Notes under the pieces: model-generated
What the model saw: the letters and a program-made list of their open reading frames with translations, nothing else
What the model was told of the DNA's origin: nothing
Database searches by the model: none
Assembly: GCA_947623815.1 (NCBI GenBank)
Contig: CANQHO010000001.1
Location: 1-61,730, forward strand
DNA length: 61,730 nt
Source of the DNA: an uncultured Bacilli bacterium
Lineage (GTDB): Bacteria; Bacillota_I; Bacilli_A; RF39; UBA660
Direction of reading: 5' to 3'
Shown: piece after piece, positions 46,599-57,207 of the stretch
Layout: each line of letters starts with the position of its first letter
Position numbering within the stretch: the first letter of the stretch is position 1
Made by a program: the position numbers and the translations under genes

Positions 46599-49190
46599 AT
46601 GAATAGTCGATACAAAGGATTAACTAAAGAAGAAGTTTATCAAAACAAAGAACAATATGGATCAAATACAATAAGTAGTACTGTAAGCAATAGTTTTTTA
46701 AAAAAATTAGTTGAAAGTTTAGGAGACCCAATTATTCGTATCTTGTTGATAGCCTTAGGAATTAAAACTATTTTTTTAATTAAAAATTTTGACTGGTATG
46801 AAACAATTGGTATAGTAATCGCTATATTAGTTGCCAGTCTAATATCAACCATATCAGAATATGGTAGTGAAAAAGCCTTTATTAAACTTCAAGAAGAGGC
46901 TTCAAAAATAAACTGTCGGGTAATCAGAGATGGACAAGTATGTAGTATTCCCTTAGAAGAAGTTGTCGTCAATGATTTAGTATTACTTTCATCAGGTGAT
47001 AGAATACCGGCCGATGGTAACATCATAGAAGGAGAAATATCTGTAGATGAATCAATGATAAATGGTGAAACAAAAGAAGTATATAAAAATAAGAAAAAAA
47101 GTGAAGTATATCGGGGAACAGTAGTATACTCTAAAGAAGCAATAATGAAAGTATCCAAAGTAGGTATAAATACCATGTATGGAAAAATAGCCAGTGAATT
47201 ACAAGAAAAAAGTCCAGAAAGTCCACTGAAACTAAGACTTAGAGAACTGGCTAAAGTGATAAGTAAAATTGGCTATATCGGGGCTTTTTTAGTAGCCATT
47301 TCATATCTTTTTTCAGTTATTGTAATAGACAACCATTTTGATTTAAATTTAATTACGCAAACTATAACCAATTTTCCAATTATATCTGGTCATATTTTAT
47401 ATGCCTTAACATTATGTGTAACTATAATCATAGTAGCCGTCCCAGAAGGACTGCCGATGATGGTTACCTTAGTTTTATCATCAAATATGAAAAGAATGCT
47501 TAAAAATAATGTTTTAGTAAGAAAATTAGTAGGAATTGAAACAGCAGGTAGTCTAAATATTTTATATACTGATAAAACCGGAACCTTAACCGAAGGAAAA
47601 TTAAATGTCATCGGGTTTATGTCCGGTAATACTAAAGAATATCGAACTGAACAAGATTTAATGAAAAACAGTCGTTTACATAACATTGTTAAAACATCTA
47701 TTCTTTATAATAACAGTGCTACTTATACCAAAGATGGAATTATTGGGGGAAACATAACCGATAAAGCACTATTAAATTTCATTCAAAGTGATAAAAAACT
47801 AATATATCCTAAATTAAATACTATTCCTTTTAATAGTAAAGATAAATATATGATTACTATCATTGAACAAAATGGAAAAAAGAAATTAGTTAAAGGAGCC
47901 TTTGAAAAAATTTTACCACAATGTCTATTTTACTATAACGAATTTGGTGAAAAAAGAAAAATTGACAAGAAAAAAGTTGAAGAAAGATTAAACCTTTATA
48001 CTAAATCAGGTATTAGAGTACTAGCCCTCGCTATAAGTGAAGATACAACCTTTACCAACTCAATTCGCCATTTAACTTTAGTTGGCTTTATCCTTATCAA
48101 AGACAATATTCGAACTGAGGCTATCGAAGGAGTACAACTAATTCAAAATGCTTCAATAGACATAGTTATGATTACCGGGGATAATAAAGAAACTGCTATA
48201 AATATTGGTAAAGAAGTAGGAATATTAAAAAATGAATACGATATAGTTTTAACTAGTGATGAATTAAATCAATTATCCGATGAAGACTTAAAAAGAGTTA
48301 TTCCCAATTTAAAAATAGTGGCTAGAGCCTTACCTCAAGATAAAAGTAGACTTATAAAAGTTAGTCAAGATATGAATTTAGTAGTGGGAATGACAGGTGA
48401 TGGCGTTAATGATGCTCCGGCCTTAAAAAAAGCCGATGTTGGATTCGCTATGGGAAGTGGTACCGAAGTAGCCAAAGAGGCTAGTGATATTGTAATACTC
48501 GACAATAACATTTTATCGATATCTCAAGCCATATTATATGGTAGAACTATTTTTAAAAGTATCCGCAAATTTATCATTTTACAACTTACAATCAATTTAT
48601 GTGCCATGGGCTTATCCTTAGTTGGACCTTTCATTGGAGTAAATACACCTGTTACAGTCATACAAATGTTGTGGATAAATATGATTATGGATACCCTAGC
48701 CGGGGTGGCTTTTGCTTATGAACCGGCTTTGCTCGAATATATGCAAGAAAAACCTAAAACCAAAAAGGAATCCATCATCAATTCATATATGATCAACGAA
48801 ATATTATTTACCGGTTTATATTCAGCCATACTTTGTATTTTGTTTTTAAAATTGCCAATCTTCCGTTTAGCCTTTGAAAGTGAAGAAACTTTACTGACTG
48901 CTTTTTTTGGACTGTTTATCTTTATCGATATTTTCAACTGTTTTAATGCTAGAACCGAACGACTAAATATCTTACAAAATATTACTAAAAACAAAGTATT
49001 TTTAAGTATCATTATATTTATAGTGACAGTTCAAATAATTTTAATTTATTTTGGGGGTTCTTTATTTAGAACATCAGGGTTAAACTTTTACGAATTACAA
49101 CTAATGATTATTTTAGCCGCTTCAGTAATACCTTTTGATTTTATTAGAAAAACATATTTAAAAAGACATGGTAAGACAAGAAACGTGTAG
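46599..49190 (+). CDS. P-type Ca2+-transporting ATPase (P2 type)
   Basis: Motifs TGES-like (NGETKE), DKTGTLT, MITGDN and GDGVNDAPALKKA, with ten-TM-type topology. AGGAGG RBS. Confidence 0.92.
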   Translation: MNSRYKGLTKEEVYQNKEQYGSNTISSTVSNSFLKKLVESLGDPIIRILLIALGIKTIFLIKNFDWYETIGIVIAILVASLISTISEYGSEKAFIKLQEEASKINCRVIRDGQVCSIPLEEVVVNDLVLLSSGDRIPADGNIIEGEISVDESMINGETKEVYKNKKKSEVYRGTVVYSKEAIMKVSKVGINTMYGKIASELQEKSPESPLKLRLRELAKVISKIGYIGAFLVAISYLFSVIVIDNHFDLNLITQTITNFPIISGHILYALTLCVTIIIVAVPEGLPMMVTLVLSSNMKRMLKNNVLVRKLVGIETAGSLNILYTDKTGTLTEGKLNVIGFMSGNTKEYRTEQDLMKNSRLHNIVKTSILYNNSATYTKDGIIGGNITDKALLNFIQSDKKLIYPKLNTIPFNSKDKYMITIIEQNGKKKLVKGAFEKILPQCLFYYNEFGEKRKIDKKKVEERLNLYTKSGIRVLALAISEDTTFTNSIRHLTLVGFILIKDNIRTEAIEGVQLIQNASIDIVMITGDNKETAINIGKEVGILKNEYDIVLTSDELNQLSDEDLKRVIPNLKIVARALPQDKSRLIKVSQDMNLVVGMTGDGVNDAPALKKADVGFAMGSGTEVAKEASDIVILDNNILSISQAILYGRTIFKSIRKFIILQLTINLCAMGLSLVGPFIGVNTPVTVIQMLWINMIMDTLAGVAFAYEPALLEYMQEKPKTKKESIINSYMINEILFTGLYSAILCILFLKLPIFRLAFESEETLLTAFFGLFIFIDIFNCFNARTERLNILQNITKNKVFLSIIIFIVTVQIILIYFGGSLFRTSGLNFYELQLMIILAASVIPFDFIRKTYLKRHGKTRNV

Positions 49191-49272
49191 AAAAATGTCT
49201 AGTTTTGTCTTATATGTCGGTACTGTATTGAAAATTGCTAAAAATTATGTTATTATTTAATTGGGTGATAAG

Positions 49273-49818
49273 ATGTTATATTTACATCGGCAACTACAAA
49301 AGCAAGGACTAAGTAATTATCAAATACAAAAATTAGTTAAAGAAGGCAAACTATATTTTATTCAAAAAGGAGTATACTCCCCTACTCCTAAAGTAAATGA
49401 TTTAGAGTTAATTGCTAAAAAACATCCCAATGCTATTTTTACTTTGACAACTGCTTGCTATTGCTATGGACTAATAAAGAAAAAGTATACTCCTTATATG
49501 ATTGCTACCAAACAAAAAGATCGACCAATCAAAGATGCAATGGTAAAACAGATTTTTATGAAGGATGAATTATATCCAATTGGTATAAGTCAAGTAAGGT
49601 TTCAAAATGTTGACATTTTAGCCTATGACTTGGAAAGATTACTAATTGAAGTTGTTCGCAACAAAACAACTTTAGATTTTGATGTATATAGTGAAATAAT
49701 AAATAGTTTTAAAAAAATTAAAAGTCTTTTAAATAAAAAGAAATTAGAACAATATTTGCCTAATTTCAAAGATCCAAGAATTATCAAAAGGATCAATAAA
49801 GAATTGTGGAATGGATAA
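49273..49818 (+). CDS. AbiEi-antitoxin-like N-terminal domain protein (orphan)
   Basis: The N-terminus LHRQLQKQGLSNYQIQKLVKEGKLYFIQKGVYS matches the AbiEi_4-type pattern (..l..lv..G.L.r..rGvY). The ATG at 49273 sits behind a GGGTGA RBS. Confidence 0.45.
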   Translation: MLYLHRQLQKQGLSNYQIQKLVKEGKLYFIQKGVYSPTPKVNDLELIAKKHPNAIFTLTTACYCYGLIKKKYTPYMIATKQKDRPIKDAMVKQIFMKDELYPIGISQVRFQNVDILAYDLERLLIEVVRNKTTLDFDVYSEIINSFKKIKSLLNKKKLEQYLPNFKDPRIIKRINKELWNG

Positions 49819-49834
49819 TATCCATTCTTTTTTT
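49809..49834 (+). terminator. rho-independent terminator
   Basis: GAATGGAT-aat-ATCCATTC followed by TTTTTTT. It overlaps the stop codon. Confidence 0.7.
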
Positions 49835-50693
49835 AATCGTATACTTCTTCTTTTAATTTTTCAATATTTTCGGTTATTAAAGTAATATAATCTTCTTTAC
49901 TTGCTCTTTGTTCATCGGTAATAGTTGATAAATTATTTAATTCTAATATTTTAGCATTTGTTGCACTTTTTATACTATTTACTGTTTTATTGATATTATC
50001 TTCATCTAAAGTAAAAATATATTCACAATCTTTACTTTTTAATAAACTTAAAGCATCAGTTTTTACTTTATCAGTCAAATTATCATTTTCCTCTAAAGAT
50101 ATAACTCTAAAACCATAATTTTCTAAAAATTTAAGTTTATCACTATCGACAATCAATGTTGTGTTAGGATTATTTTCGCTTAATAATTTTAATTTAGCAT
50201 CTATGTTAGAAATATTTACTTTTAAATCTTCATATTTTTCTTCTATTTCTTTAGATAAATAATGGTTATTTATATACTTTAAAAGACCATTTTTAATATT
50301 TAAAGAAATCATTAAAAAATTAGAAGGATTCAACCATAATTCATCAGATAAATTACTATCCATACTTCCAGTCGCATCGATAATCATCAAATCTTTATTT
50401 TTCTTAAACATTGGTTGAATATAACTTTTTTCATTACTTAATCCATTAAAAATATATAAATTTCCTTTACTAAATTCTTTTATTTGTTTATTAGTAAGTT
50501 CATATTTTGAAATATCTATCCCATCAGGATAAATACTTTTAATAATACTGTGACTACCATATAATTGATTAGTTATATATTCGATTGGGTAAGCAGTTGT
50601 ATAAATAGTTATATTTTCTAAATTATCTTTTTTAAAACAACCGGTAATTAAAAATAAACAACAACACATTGTAATTATAAAAATTTTCTTCAT
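49833..50693 (-). CDS. cluster A-I (ZnuA/TroA/PsaA-like) ABC substrate-binding lipoprotein, orphan
   Basis: Lipobox LITGC. Family-like segments TTAYPIEYIT, DISKYEL and ELWLNPSN. No permease or ATPase gene is adjacent. Confidence 0.7.
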   Translation of the reverse strand: MKKIFIITMCCCLFLITGCFKKDNLENITIYTTAYPIEYITNQLYGSHSIIKSIYPDGIDISKYELTNKQIKEFSKGNLYIFNGLSNEKSYIQPMFKKNKDLMIIDATGSMDSNLSDELWLNPSNFLMISLNIKNGLLKYINNHYLSKEIEEKYEDLKVNISNIDAKLKLLSENNPNTTLIVDSDKLKFLENYGFRVISLEENDNLTDKVKTDALSLLKSKDCEYIFTLDEDNINKTVNSIKSATNAKILELNNLSTITDEQRASKEDYITLITENIEKLKEEVYD

Positions 50694-50911
50694 TATTTTT
50701 TCCTTTCTATAACAGGATCATATCCCCCTTTAAAAAAGGGATTACATTTTAAAATCCTTTTTATTGCCATAAACAATCCTCTAACAACCCCATATTCATT
50801 TATAGCTTCAATCGCATATTCTGAACAAGTAGGTCTAAAACGACAATGGTTATGAAAATTTCCTGGTATTTTTTGATATAAACGTATACAATAGATGATA
50901 CTCTTTTTCAT
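50693..50911 (-). CDS. yidD: membrane protein insertion efficiency factor YidD
   Basis: [15 protein letters not shown] signature; 72 aa. Confidence 0.9.
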   Translation of the reverse strand: MKKSIIYCIRLYQKIPGNFHNHCRFRPTCSEYAIEAINEYGVVRGLFMAIKRILKCNPFFKGGYDPVIERKK

Positions 50912-50982
50912 GATATAATTATACTAAAAAATCAAAATTTTGTAAATCTATAAATCCAGTAATTGAAAAAAGTTAGACAATT

Positions 50983-52542
50983 CTAACTTTCCTTTTCTTC
51001 ATGATATTCTTTTTCGGTATTAACATTCCATATATTACTTTTATCTTTAACATCATTTAAAATATTTTTAACCGTTTCAAAAGCCGTAACCATTGAATGG
51101 TCCATATTGTTATATCTATGTTGTCCATTACGCCCAACACAGTATAAATTTTGATATGTATTAACATATTTAATTAGTTTATCTATATCCGTATAAGTAT
51201 CAAAGTAAGCAGGATAAGCCTTCTTTACTTTTTCTCGATGACTATCAAGTACAGAACCTTCGTTGATAATTCCCATAGAAACTAATTCTTCACTAGCAAA
51301 TTTAATACATTCTTTGTCAGACATATTCCAAAAGTCATCACCTTCGTTGCAGAAATACTCAAGACCAATCCAAACTGTTTTATCAGGATTTTTTACCATA
51401 TATGGTGACCAGTTATTAAATATTTGAATTCTCCCTAATTTAACATTAGGTTCTTGCACATATATCCAACAATCAGGAACAATATTATTTAAAGTTTTAA
51501 TATCTGTTTCATTTTTTAAATTCAATCTATCAACTAGTAAACCAACAGTAACAAAATCACGATAAGGTAATCCTTCGGCAATTTTATAATACTTTTTAGG
51601 GGCTTTTGTTTTAAAATCTAAAACTAGATCTTTTAAAGGCATTGATGATATAAAAATATCTCCCTTTATTTTTTCCAAACCTTTGGCTACTTCACAAGTC
51701 ACTGAAGTTATTTTATCTTTACTATTTTCTATTTCCACAACTTTATAACCTTTTTTAATTTCACCACCCATTTTTACAAACTCTTTAGCCACTGTTTCCC
51801 ATAATTGTCCGGGACCATATTTGGGATAAATGAATTCTTCAATCAATGATGTTTCTACTTTTCCGCCGTTAATATGAAAAACTTTTTTAAACATATCTTT
51901 GACAATACCCATAATAGAAAGGCCTTTTACTCTTTGGGCTCCCCAGTCAGCGGATATTTGTGATGGATGACGTCCCCAAAGTTTTTCTGTATATTTTTCA
52001 AAAAACATACTATATAATTTTTTACCAAACCGGTTAATATAAAAATTTTCTAAGGAATCTTCTTTCTTTTTAACTACCGTTGATTTTATATAACTAAAAC
52101 CGCTTGATATAGTTCTTCCTAATCCCATATTTTTAAAAGTTTGTAATTTCATACTAATCGGATAATCAAAAAATTTTTTCAAATAGTATATTCTAGATAC
52201 TCTTCTTCTTTTAAGCATTACCCTATCCACTTTTTCGGGATCCGGTCCATTAGGTTCTAAATCTTTTTTCCTTTTTAATTTTTTATCATCATATGATGGT
52301 TTTCCTTGTATCGGCATAATTTCTTTCCAAAAATCCATAACTTCTTGATCTTTGGAAAAGAATCTATGCCCTCCGATATCCATGCGATTTCCTTTATGAT
52401 TGACAGTTCGTGATATTCCACCAATTGCCTTACTTTCCTCCAAAATTAAAACTTCATACTTATCGCTTTTTTTAAGCAATTCATATCCCGCCGTAAGACC
52501 AGCAGGTCCGGCACCTATTATAACTACTTTTTTCTTTTTCAT
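50983..52542 (-). CDS. NAD(P)/FAD-dependent oxidoreductase (amine-oxidase / UDP-galactopyranose-mutase-like fold)
   Basis: N-terminal dinucleotide motif [18 protein letters not shown], and GRNGQHRY near the C-terminus. Confidence 0.75.
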   Translation of the reverse strand: MKKKKVVIIGAGPAGLTAGYELLKKSDKYEVLILEESKAIGGISRTVNHKGNRMDIGGHRFFSKDQEVMDFWKEIMPIQGKPSYDDKKLKRKKDLEPNGPDPEKVDRVMLKRRRVSRIYYLKKFFDYPISMKLQTFKNMGLGRTISSGFSYIKSTVVKKKEDSLENFYINRFGKKLYSMFFEKYTEKLWGRHPSQISADWGAQRVKGLSIMGIVKDMFKKVFHINGGKVETSLIEEFIYPKYGPGQLWETVAKEFVKMGGEIKKGYKVVEIENSKDKITSVTCEVAKGLEKIKGDIFISSMPLKDLVLDFKTKAPKKYYKIAEGLPYRDFVTVGLLVDRLNLKNETDIKTLNNIVPDCWIYVQEPNVKLGRIQIFNNWSPYMVKNPDKTVWIGLEYFCNEGDDFWNMSDKECIKFASEELVSMGIINEGSVLDSHREKVKKAYPAYFDTYTDIDKLIKYVNTYQNLYCVGRNGQHRYNNMDHSMVTAFETVKNILNDVKDKSNIWNVNTEKEYHEEKES

Positions 52543-52552
52543 TCTACTTCTC

Positions 52553-54538
52553 CTATCTTACTATTTTATATAATATCTTTCTAGCCACAAAATTCCAAAC
52601 AAATACTATAATCGTTGATAATATTTTACTAACCATATAGTAAATTCCTATCTTATCAGTAAATAACCATAATAACAACGTATCAAAAATTAAACCAACT
52701 ACCCCTATAACTGCATATATTAAAAATTCTTTTAGTTTCGATACTTCAACTTCCTTACTGAAGACAAACTTTTTACTAAGTACATAATTCACAATCAGTC
52801 CCATCGTAAAAGATAATATATTGGCTATTATATAATTTTTTAAAATATTGGTTAAAATATATAACATTCCAATATTTACTACTGCGGCAATACCTCCAAC
52901 AAAACCATAACGAATAAATTGAAGTAAAGAATTTTCAGTCGGGGCGATAAAGTATTTATAAAATAAACCTTTGGTATTATTTTTTTCTTCCTTTAAACTA
53001 AGGGCATATATTAACAAAGGCAAAGAACATATTATCTGAGAATAAACCAGTCTTATTGAAGCCGCTGTAATTAAAAGCATAATAACGAAAGTATTACTAA
53101 GTACTATCGTAAATGGTAAATAACTAACTATATCTTTTTTTCTTTTATATATAACTATAGTTAATGAAAATATTATTATAAATAAGCCAACTCCAATATC
53201 ACAAAATAAATATTTTAATGGTGATGAAGATAATATATCTGAATAATTATTGTAATATTTTCTAAATCTATTCAATAAAGAAGAATCATATCCTTTGGTA
53301 TTCCAAGTATTTTTATATTGAATACCATTGGTTATTTTCCAAATTGGACTAGTTACATTTAAATAAGATTTTACATAATATTTTGGATATCTTACCGAAT
53401 ACTTCAAATACATTTTAATTATCTTATCAAAATTTTTATCCATCCAAACAAACGAATAAGGATATAATAAATCATAATTATACTTCATCGGATTAAAACT
53501 ACTTGGATAATAATACTTTTCCCAGATTCCTTTAGGCGCCAATTCATCTAATACCCTTTGATCTTCTTTATCAAATTTTATATTTTTATGATACAAATAA
53601 GCAATTTGATTACAAGGTACTCCAAGCATTTCCGCTTTAGAACTAATTCCCTCAATATTCTTAGAGTAAACAATACCTAATTTATCATAAACTGGTCCAT
53701 AAAGAATAAACCTAAAAGCGACTAAAGATATACAGGTTATAATATAAAACCTTCTTTTATCTTTAAACACTAACGCTAAAAAGAAAAACATTACTAATAT
53801 GTTGGCTAGACCATTATGCCTTATCAACATTATTCCTAAACTAAGAATAATCAAAGATACTTTATGACTTGTTTTATCTATCCACTTTCCTTTAGTAAGT
53901 ACCAATTCTATAAAAAATAAAGTTCCCAAAAATACTAACCAAGAAAAAGGAGCATCCTTTAATAAAGTTAATGACATTTTTATAAAAGAAGGATTTAATA
54001 TGATAATAAGTAAACTGATTATAGTTCCTTTTTTATCCAAAAAATATTTTCTTAAAAAATAACAAAAATATAATAAAATACTCCCAATAAAAATTAGTTG
54101 AAATATAGCACAAGCAACGATATTATTCCAAAACAATGATGGTAATTTAAAAAAAATTAAAGTATGAATTACTGGATGCCAATTTTCATATACTCCCGAT
54201 TGAACTTGTTCCCACTGCGTAACTGTATCAACATTTAAGAATTCCGGTAATGGGTACATGGCTAAAAAAGTAAATAACAAAATACCAAAAATAATAACTC
54301 CATATATTAAAAGTTCCTTTTTTTCAAATTTTTGGTTCGTTTTTTTTAATTTTATATTTACTATTTTAGGATAGACCAAATTTAATATAACAAAAGCAAT
54401 TATAAACATTACCAGCATACTAAATACGGGAAAACCTTTACGAACATAAAAACAAGTTGCCAAAGAAAAGTAAAAAGATAAAAAAATTATCAATATTTCT
54501 GGCAAAATATTTTTTTTAATATCTTTTAAATACAACAT
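52553..54538 (-). CDS. polytopic membrane protein (GT-C-like N-terminal part) fused to a C-terminal GtrA-like domain
   Basis: About 12 hydrophobic segments in the first ~520 aa. The last ~130 aa ([22 protein letters not shown]...KFVF...) match the 4-TM GtrA pattern. Confidence 0.7.
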   Translation of the reverse strand: MLYLKDIKKNILPEILIIFLSFYFSLATCFYVRKGFPVFSMLVMFIIAFVILNLVYPKIVNIKLKKTNQKFEKKELLIYGVIIFGILLFTFLAMYPLPEFLNVDTVTQWEQVQSGVYENWHPVIHTLIFFKLPSLFWNNIVACAIFQLIFIGSILLYFCYFLRKYFLDKKGTIISLLIIILNPSFIKMSLTLLKDAPFSWLVFLGTLFFIELVLTKGKWIDKTSHKVSLIILSLGIMLIRHNGLANILVMFFFLALVFKDKRRFYIITCISLVAFRFILYGPVYDKLGIVYSKNIEGISSKAEMLGVPCNQIAYLYHKNIKFDKEDQRVLDELAPKGIWEKYYYPSSFNPMKYNYDLLYPYSFVWMDKNFDKIIKMYLKYSVRYPKYYVKSYLNVTSPIWKITNGIQYKNTWNTKGYDSSLLNRFRKYYNNYSDILSSSPLKYLFCDIGVGLFIIIFSLTIVIYKRKKDIVSYLPFTIVLSNTFVIMLLITAASIRLVYSQIICSLPLLIYALSLKEEKNNTKGLFYKYFIAPTENSLLQFIRYGFVGGIAAVVNIGMLYILTNILKNYIIANILSFTMGLIVNYVLSKKFVFSKEVEVSKLKEFLIYAVIGVVGLIFDTLLLWLFTDKIGIYYMVSKILSTIIVFVWNFVARKILYKIVR

Positions 54539-54677
54539 AAATACCTACTCTCCCTACAATTCATTATAATATCTTTTATCATTAAAATCAACTTTTAAAA
54601 AAATACTATAAAAATAATTCTTTTAACTTGGAAAAGACTAATTAAAATGATAAAATTAAAAAAAGAAAGGTGATTTC

Positions 54678-55340
54678 ATGGAAATATTAGATAAATTTTC
54701 AATTACTCCTAACGATATATCTTTATACCAAACTGCTTTAACCCATACTTCGTACGCTAATGAACATAATATTACTAGTTATGAAAGATTAGAATACTTA
54801 GGTGATGCGGTATTAGAATTAGTAATGAGTGAATATTTATATTTAAACACTAATGAAGAAGAAGGGGTCATGACTAAATTAAGAGCACACTATGTATGTG
54901 AAAATGCTTTATATGAATACTCTTTAAAAATCGGTTTAAATGAATATTTGAAATTGGGAAAAGGAGAACAAGTAAATGGCGGTAAATTTAGAAAGGCTAT
55001 AGTTGCTGATATATATGAAGCATTCATTGGGGCTATTTATTTAGATCAAGGTTTTGAAAAAGCCAAGAACTTCATTCATGAAACAGCTATCCCTTTTTTA
55101 AAAAATCATCAAATTGATTACTTTGATGATTACAAATCCAAACTCCAAGAATGGGTACAAACAGACAAAAAAAGTTTAGAATATGAAATTGTCAATGAAG
55201 AAGGACCAGCCCATAATAAGACTTTTACAGCCGTTGTTAAAATTGATGAAATAATTTATGGAGAAGGTACCGGAAAAAGCAAAAAAGAAGCCGAACAATT
55301 AGCGGCTAAACAAGCCTTAGAAAAAAGTGTTATTTTATAA
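54678..55340 (+). CDS. rnc: ribonuclease III
   Basis: ERLEYLGDAVLEL signature and a C-terminal dsRBD (GPAHNKTF...GKSKKEAEQLAAKQAL). Confidence 0.95.
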   Translation: MEILDKFSITPNDISLYQTALTHTSYANEHNITSYERLEYLGDAVLELVMSEYLYLNTNEEEGVMTKLRAHYVCENALYEYSLKIGLNEYLKLGKGEQVNGGKFRKAIVADIYEAFIGAIYLDQGFEKAKNFIHETAIPFLKNHQIDYFDDYKSKLQEWVQTDKKSLEYEIVNEEGPAHNKTFTAVVKIDEIIYGEGTGKSKKEAEQLAAKQALEKSVIL

Positions 55341-55439
55341 TAATATTTTTTTTACTGTTAAAATCTTAAAATTGAAATATGTATAACATTTACAATTGTA
55401 GTTTTTATATACTTTTGTTATAATAAATATGGTGGTTAA

Positions 55440-56462
55440 ATGAAAAGTATATACGATATGACATATAATGATTTAGAAAAATATTTTTTAGAAAAAAATG
55501 AAAAAAAATATAAGGCTAAACAAATATATGATTGGTTATACAAAAAAAAGGTAGAAACTTTTGATGCAATGTCCAATTTAAAAAAAGATTTAATCACTAC
55601 TTTAAACCAAGATTTTTCATTTAATCAACTAAATTTAATCGACCAAAAAGATGGAAAAGATGTTACCAAATTTTTATTTAAATTAGAAGATAATCAAGTA
55701 ATAGAAGCCGTTTTAATGTTTCATGACTATGGTAACAGTTTATGTGTATCTAGTCAGGTGGGCTGTAATATGAATTGTTCATTTTGTGAAAGTGGCCGAA
55801 GAAAAAAAGTTAGAAACTTACAAACTCATGAAATGGTATTACAAATTTTAACAATCGAAAAAATAAAAAAACTACGCATATCCCATGTTGTTTTAATGGG
55901 GATAGGAGAACCATTTGATAATTATGAAAATGTAGTTAATTTCTTAAAAATTATCAATAACGATAACGGTTTAGCCATTGGAGCACGACATATAACCGTA
56001 TCAACTTGTGGTATTATTCCTAAAATTAAAGAATTTATGCAACTACCATTTCAAATAAATTTAGCTATTTCCTTACATGCCCCAACTGATGAATTAAGAA
56101 GTAAACTTATGCCGATAAACAAAGCATATCCTTTAAAAGAACTAATTCCTGTTTTAAAAGAATACATAAATAAGACAAATAGAAGAATAACATTTGAATA
56201 TATTTTATTAAAAGACATCAACGATACAGAAGAAATGGCCAATAAATTAAGTCAATTATTAAAAGGAATAAATTGCTACGTCAATTTAATTCCATATAAT
56301 GAAACAAGCCATATTATGTATAAAAAGAGTAAAAAACAGACAATTTTAAAATTTTATGATATACTTAAAAAAAATAAAATAAATGTTACAATCAGAAAGG
56401 AATTTGGTGGCGAAGTTATGGCAGCATGTGGACAACTTCGTTCAAAATATGAGGAGGGATAG
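55440..56462 (+). CDS. rlmN: 23S rRNA/tRNA adenine-C2 methyltransferase RlmN (radical SAM)
   Basis: Motifs YKAKQIYDWLY, CNMNCSFCESG, MGIGEP and the C-terminal AACGQL. Confidence 0.92.
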   Translation: MKSIYDMTYNDLEKYFLEKNEKKYKAKQIYDWLYKKKVETFDAMSNLKKDLITTLNQDFSFNQLNLIDQKDGKDVTKFLFKLEDNQVIEAVLMFHDYGNSLCVSSQVGCNMNCSFCESGRRKKVRNLQTHEMVLQILTIEKIKKLRISHVVLMGIGEPFDNYENVVNFLKIINNDNGLAIGARHITVSTCGIIPKIKEFMQLPFQINLAISLHAPTDELRSKLMPINKAYPLKELIPVLKEYINKTNRRITFEYILLKDINDTEEMANKLSQLLKGINCYVNLIPYNETSHIMYKKSKKQTILKFYDILKKNKINVTIRKEFGGEVMAACGQLRSKYEEG

Positions 56463-56463
56463 T

Positions 56464-57207
56464 TTGGAAACTTATTATATAACCGACTCTGGTATGGTTC
56501 GCGATCACAATGAAGATAGTGTAATTATTACCACAAATAAGGCTAACGAATTATTACTAGCCGTAGCCGATGGAATGGGCGGACACCTTTGTGGCGAAGT
56601 AGCATCCAGTTTAGCCATTACTCATTTATCCAAAAGATTTCAAAGTTTAAGTTCCGTTGGTACTAAAGAAGATGCGATTGCTTGGATTAAATCCATTGTA
56701 TCCGAATTAAATGCCTTAATGTTTAAATATACGGAAGATCACGAAGAAAGCAAAGGTATGGGTACTACACTTGTCATGGCAGTATTAACTGATGAATTCT
56801 TACTTTATGGAAACATCGGTGATTCATCTGGTTTTGCCTTAAAACAGGGAAAACTCCACAAAATAACATTTGATCATACCCTAGTAAACCTTTTAGTAAA
56901 AACTGGGGAATTGACCGAAGAAGAGGCTAAAAATCATCCGCAAAAAAATGTTTTGATGAAGGCTTTAGGAACTAGTGTCACCGCCGATGTCGATATCTTT
57001 GATGTTGAAACAGATATAGATGGAATATTACTATGTAGTGACGGTTTAACAAATATGTTGTCTATTGAACAAATAAATAGAGTAATGAAAGAAGATTTAA
57101 CCTTAGAAGGTAAATTACAAAAATTGATATTTAAATGTAATAATCGAGGTGGAAATGACAATATTTCTATCGCTTGTTGTTTAAAGAAAGATGGTGAAAA
57201 TAAATGA
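56464..57207 (+). CDS. prpC: PP2C-family Ser/Thr phosphatase
   Basis: Motifs SDSGMVRDHNEDS, VADGMGGH, GDS and DGLT...GGNDNIS. A TTG start at 56464 follows GAGGAGGG. The ATGA overlap with prkC is at 57204-57207. Confidence 0.85.
   Translation: METYYITDSGMVRDHNEDSVIITTNKANELLLAVADGMGGHLCGEVASSLAITHLSKRFQSLSSVGTKEDAIAWIKSIVSELNALMFKYTEDHEESKGMGTTLVMAVLTDEFLLYGNIGDSSGFALKQGKLHKITFDHTLVNLLVKTGELTEEEAKNHPQKNVLMKALGTSVTADVDIFDVETDIDGILLCSDGLTNMLSIEQINRVMKEDLTLEGKLQKLIFKCNNRGGNDNISIACCLKKDGENK

Noticed and set aside
55391-55400. The palindrome TACAATTGTA upstream of rlmN resembles the core of the trpS-flanking element, as does a half-site TATACAATTG at 7357-7366.
   Set aside because: The arms are shorter and the shared flanks are missing. 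The palindrome overlaps a plausible -35 (TTGTAG-17-TATAAT). In sequence this AT-rich, the similarity is probably chance.
56383-56463. The long form of the PP2C ORF, which overlaps the last 80 nt of rlmN.
   Set aside because: The overlap translation has no PP2C similarity. A GAGGAGGG RBS sits 5 nt before an in-frame TTG at 56464, where the conserved N-terminus starts. An ATG at 56449 is an alternative but lacks an RBS.
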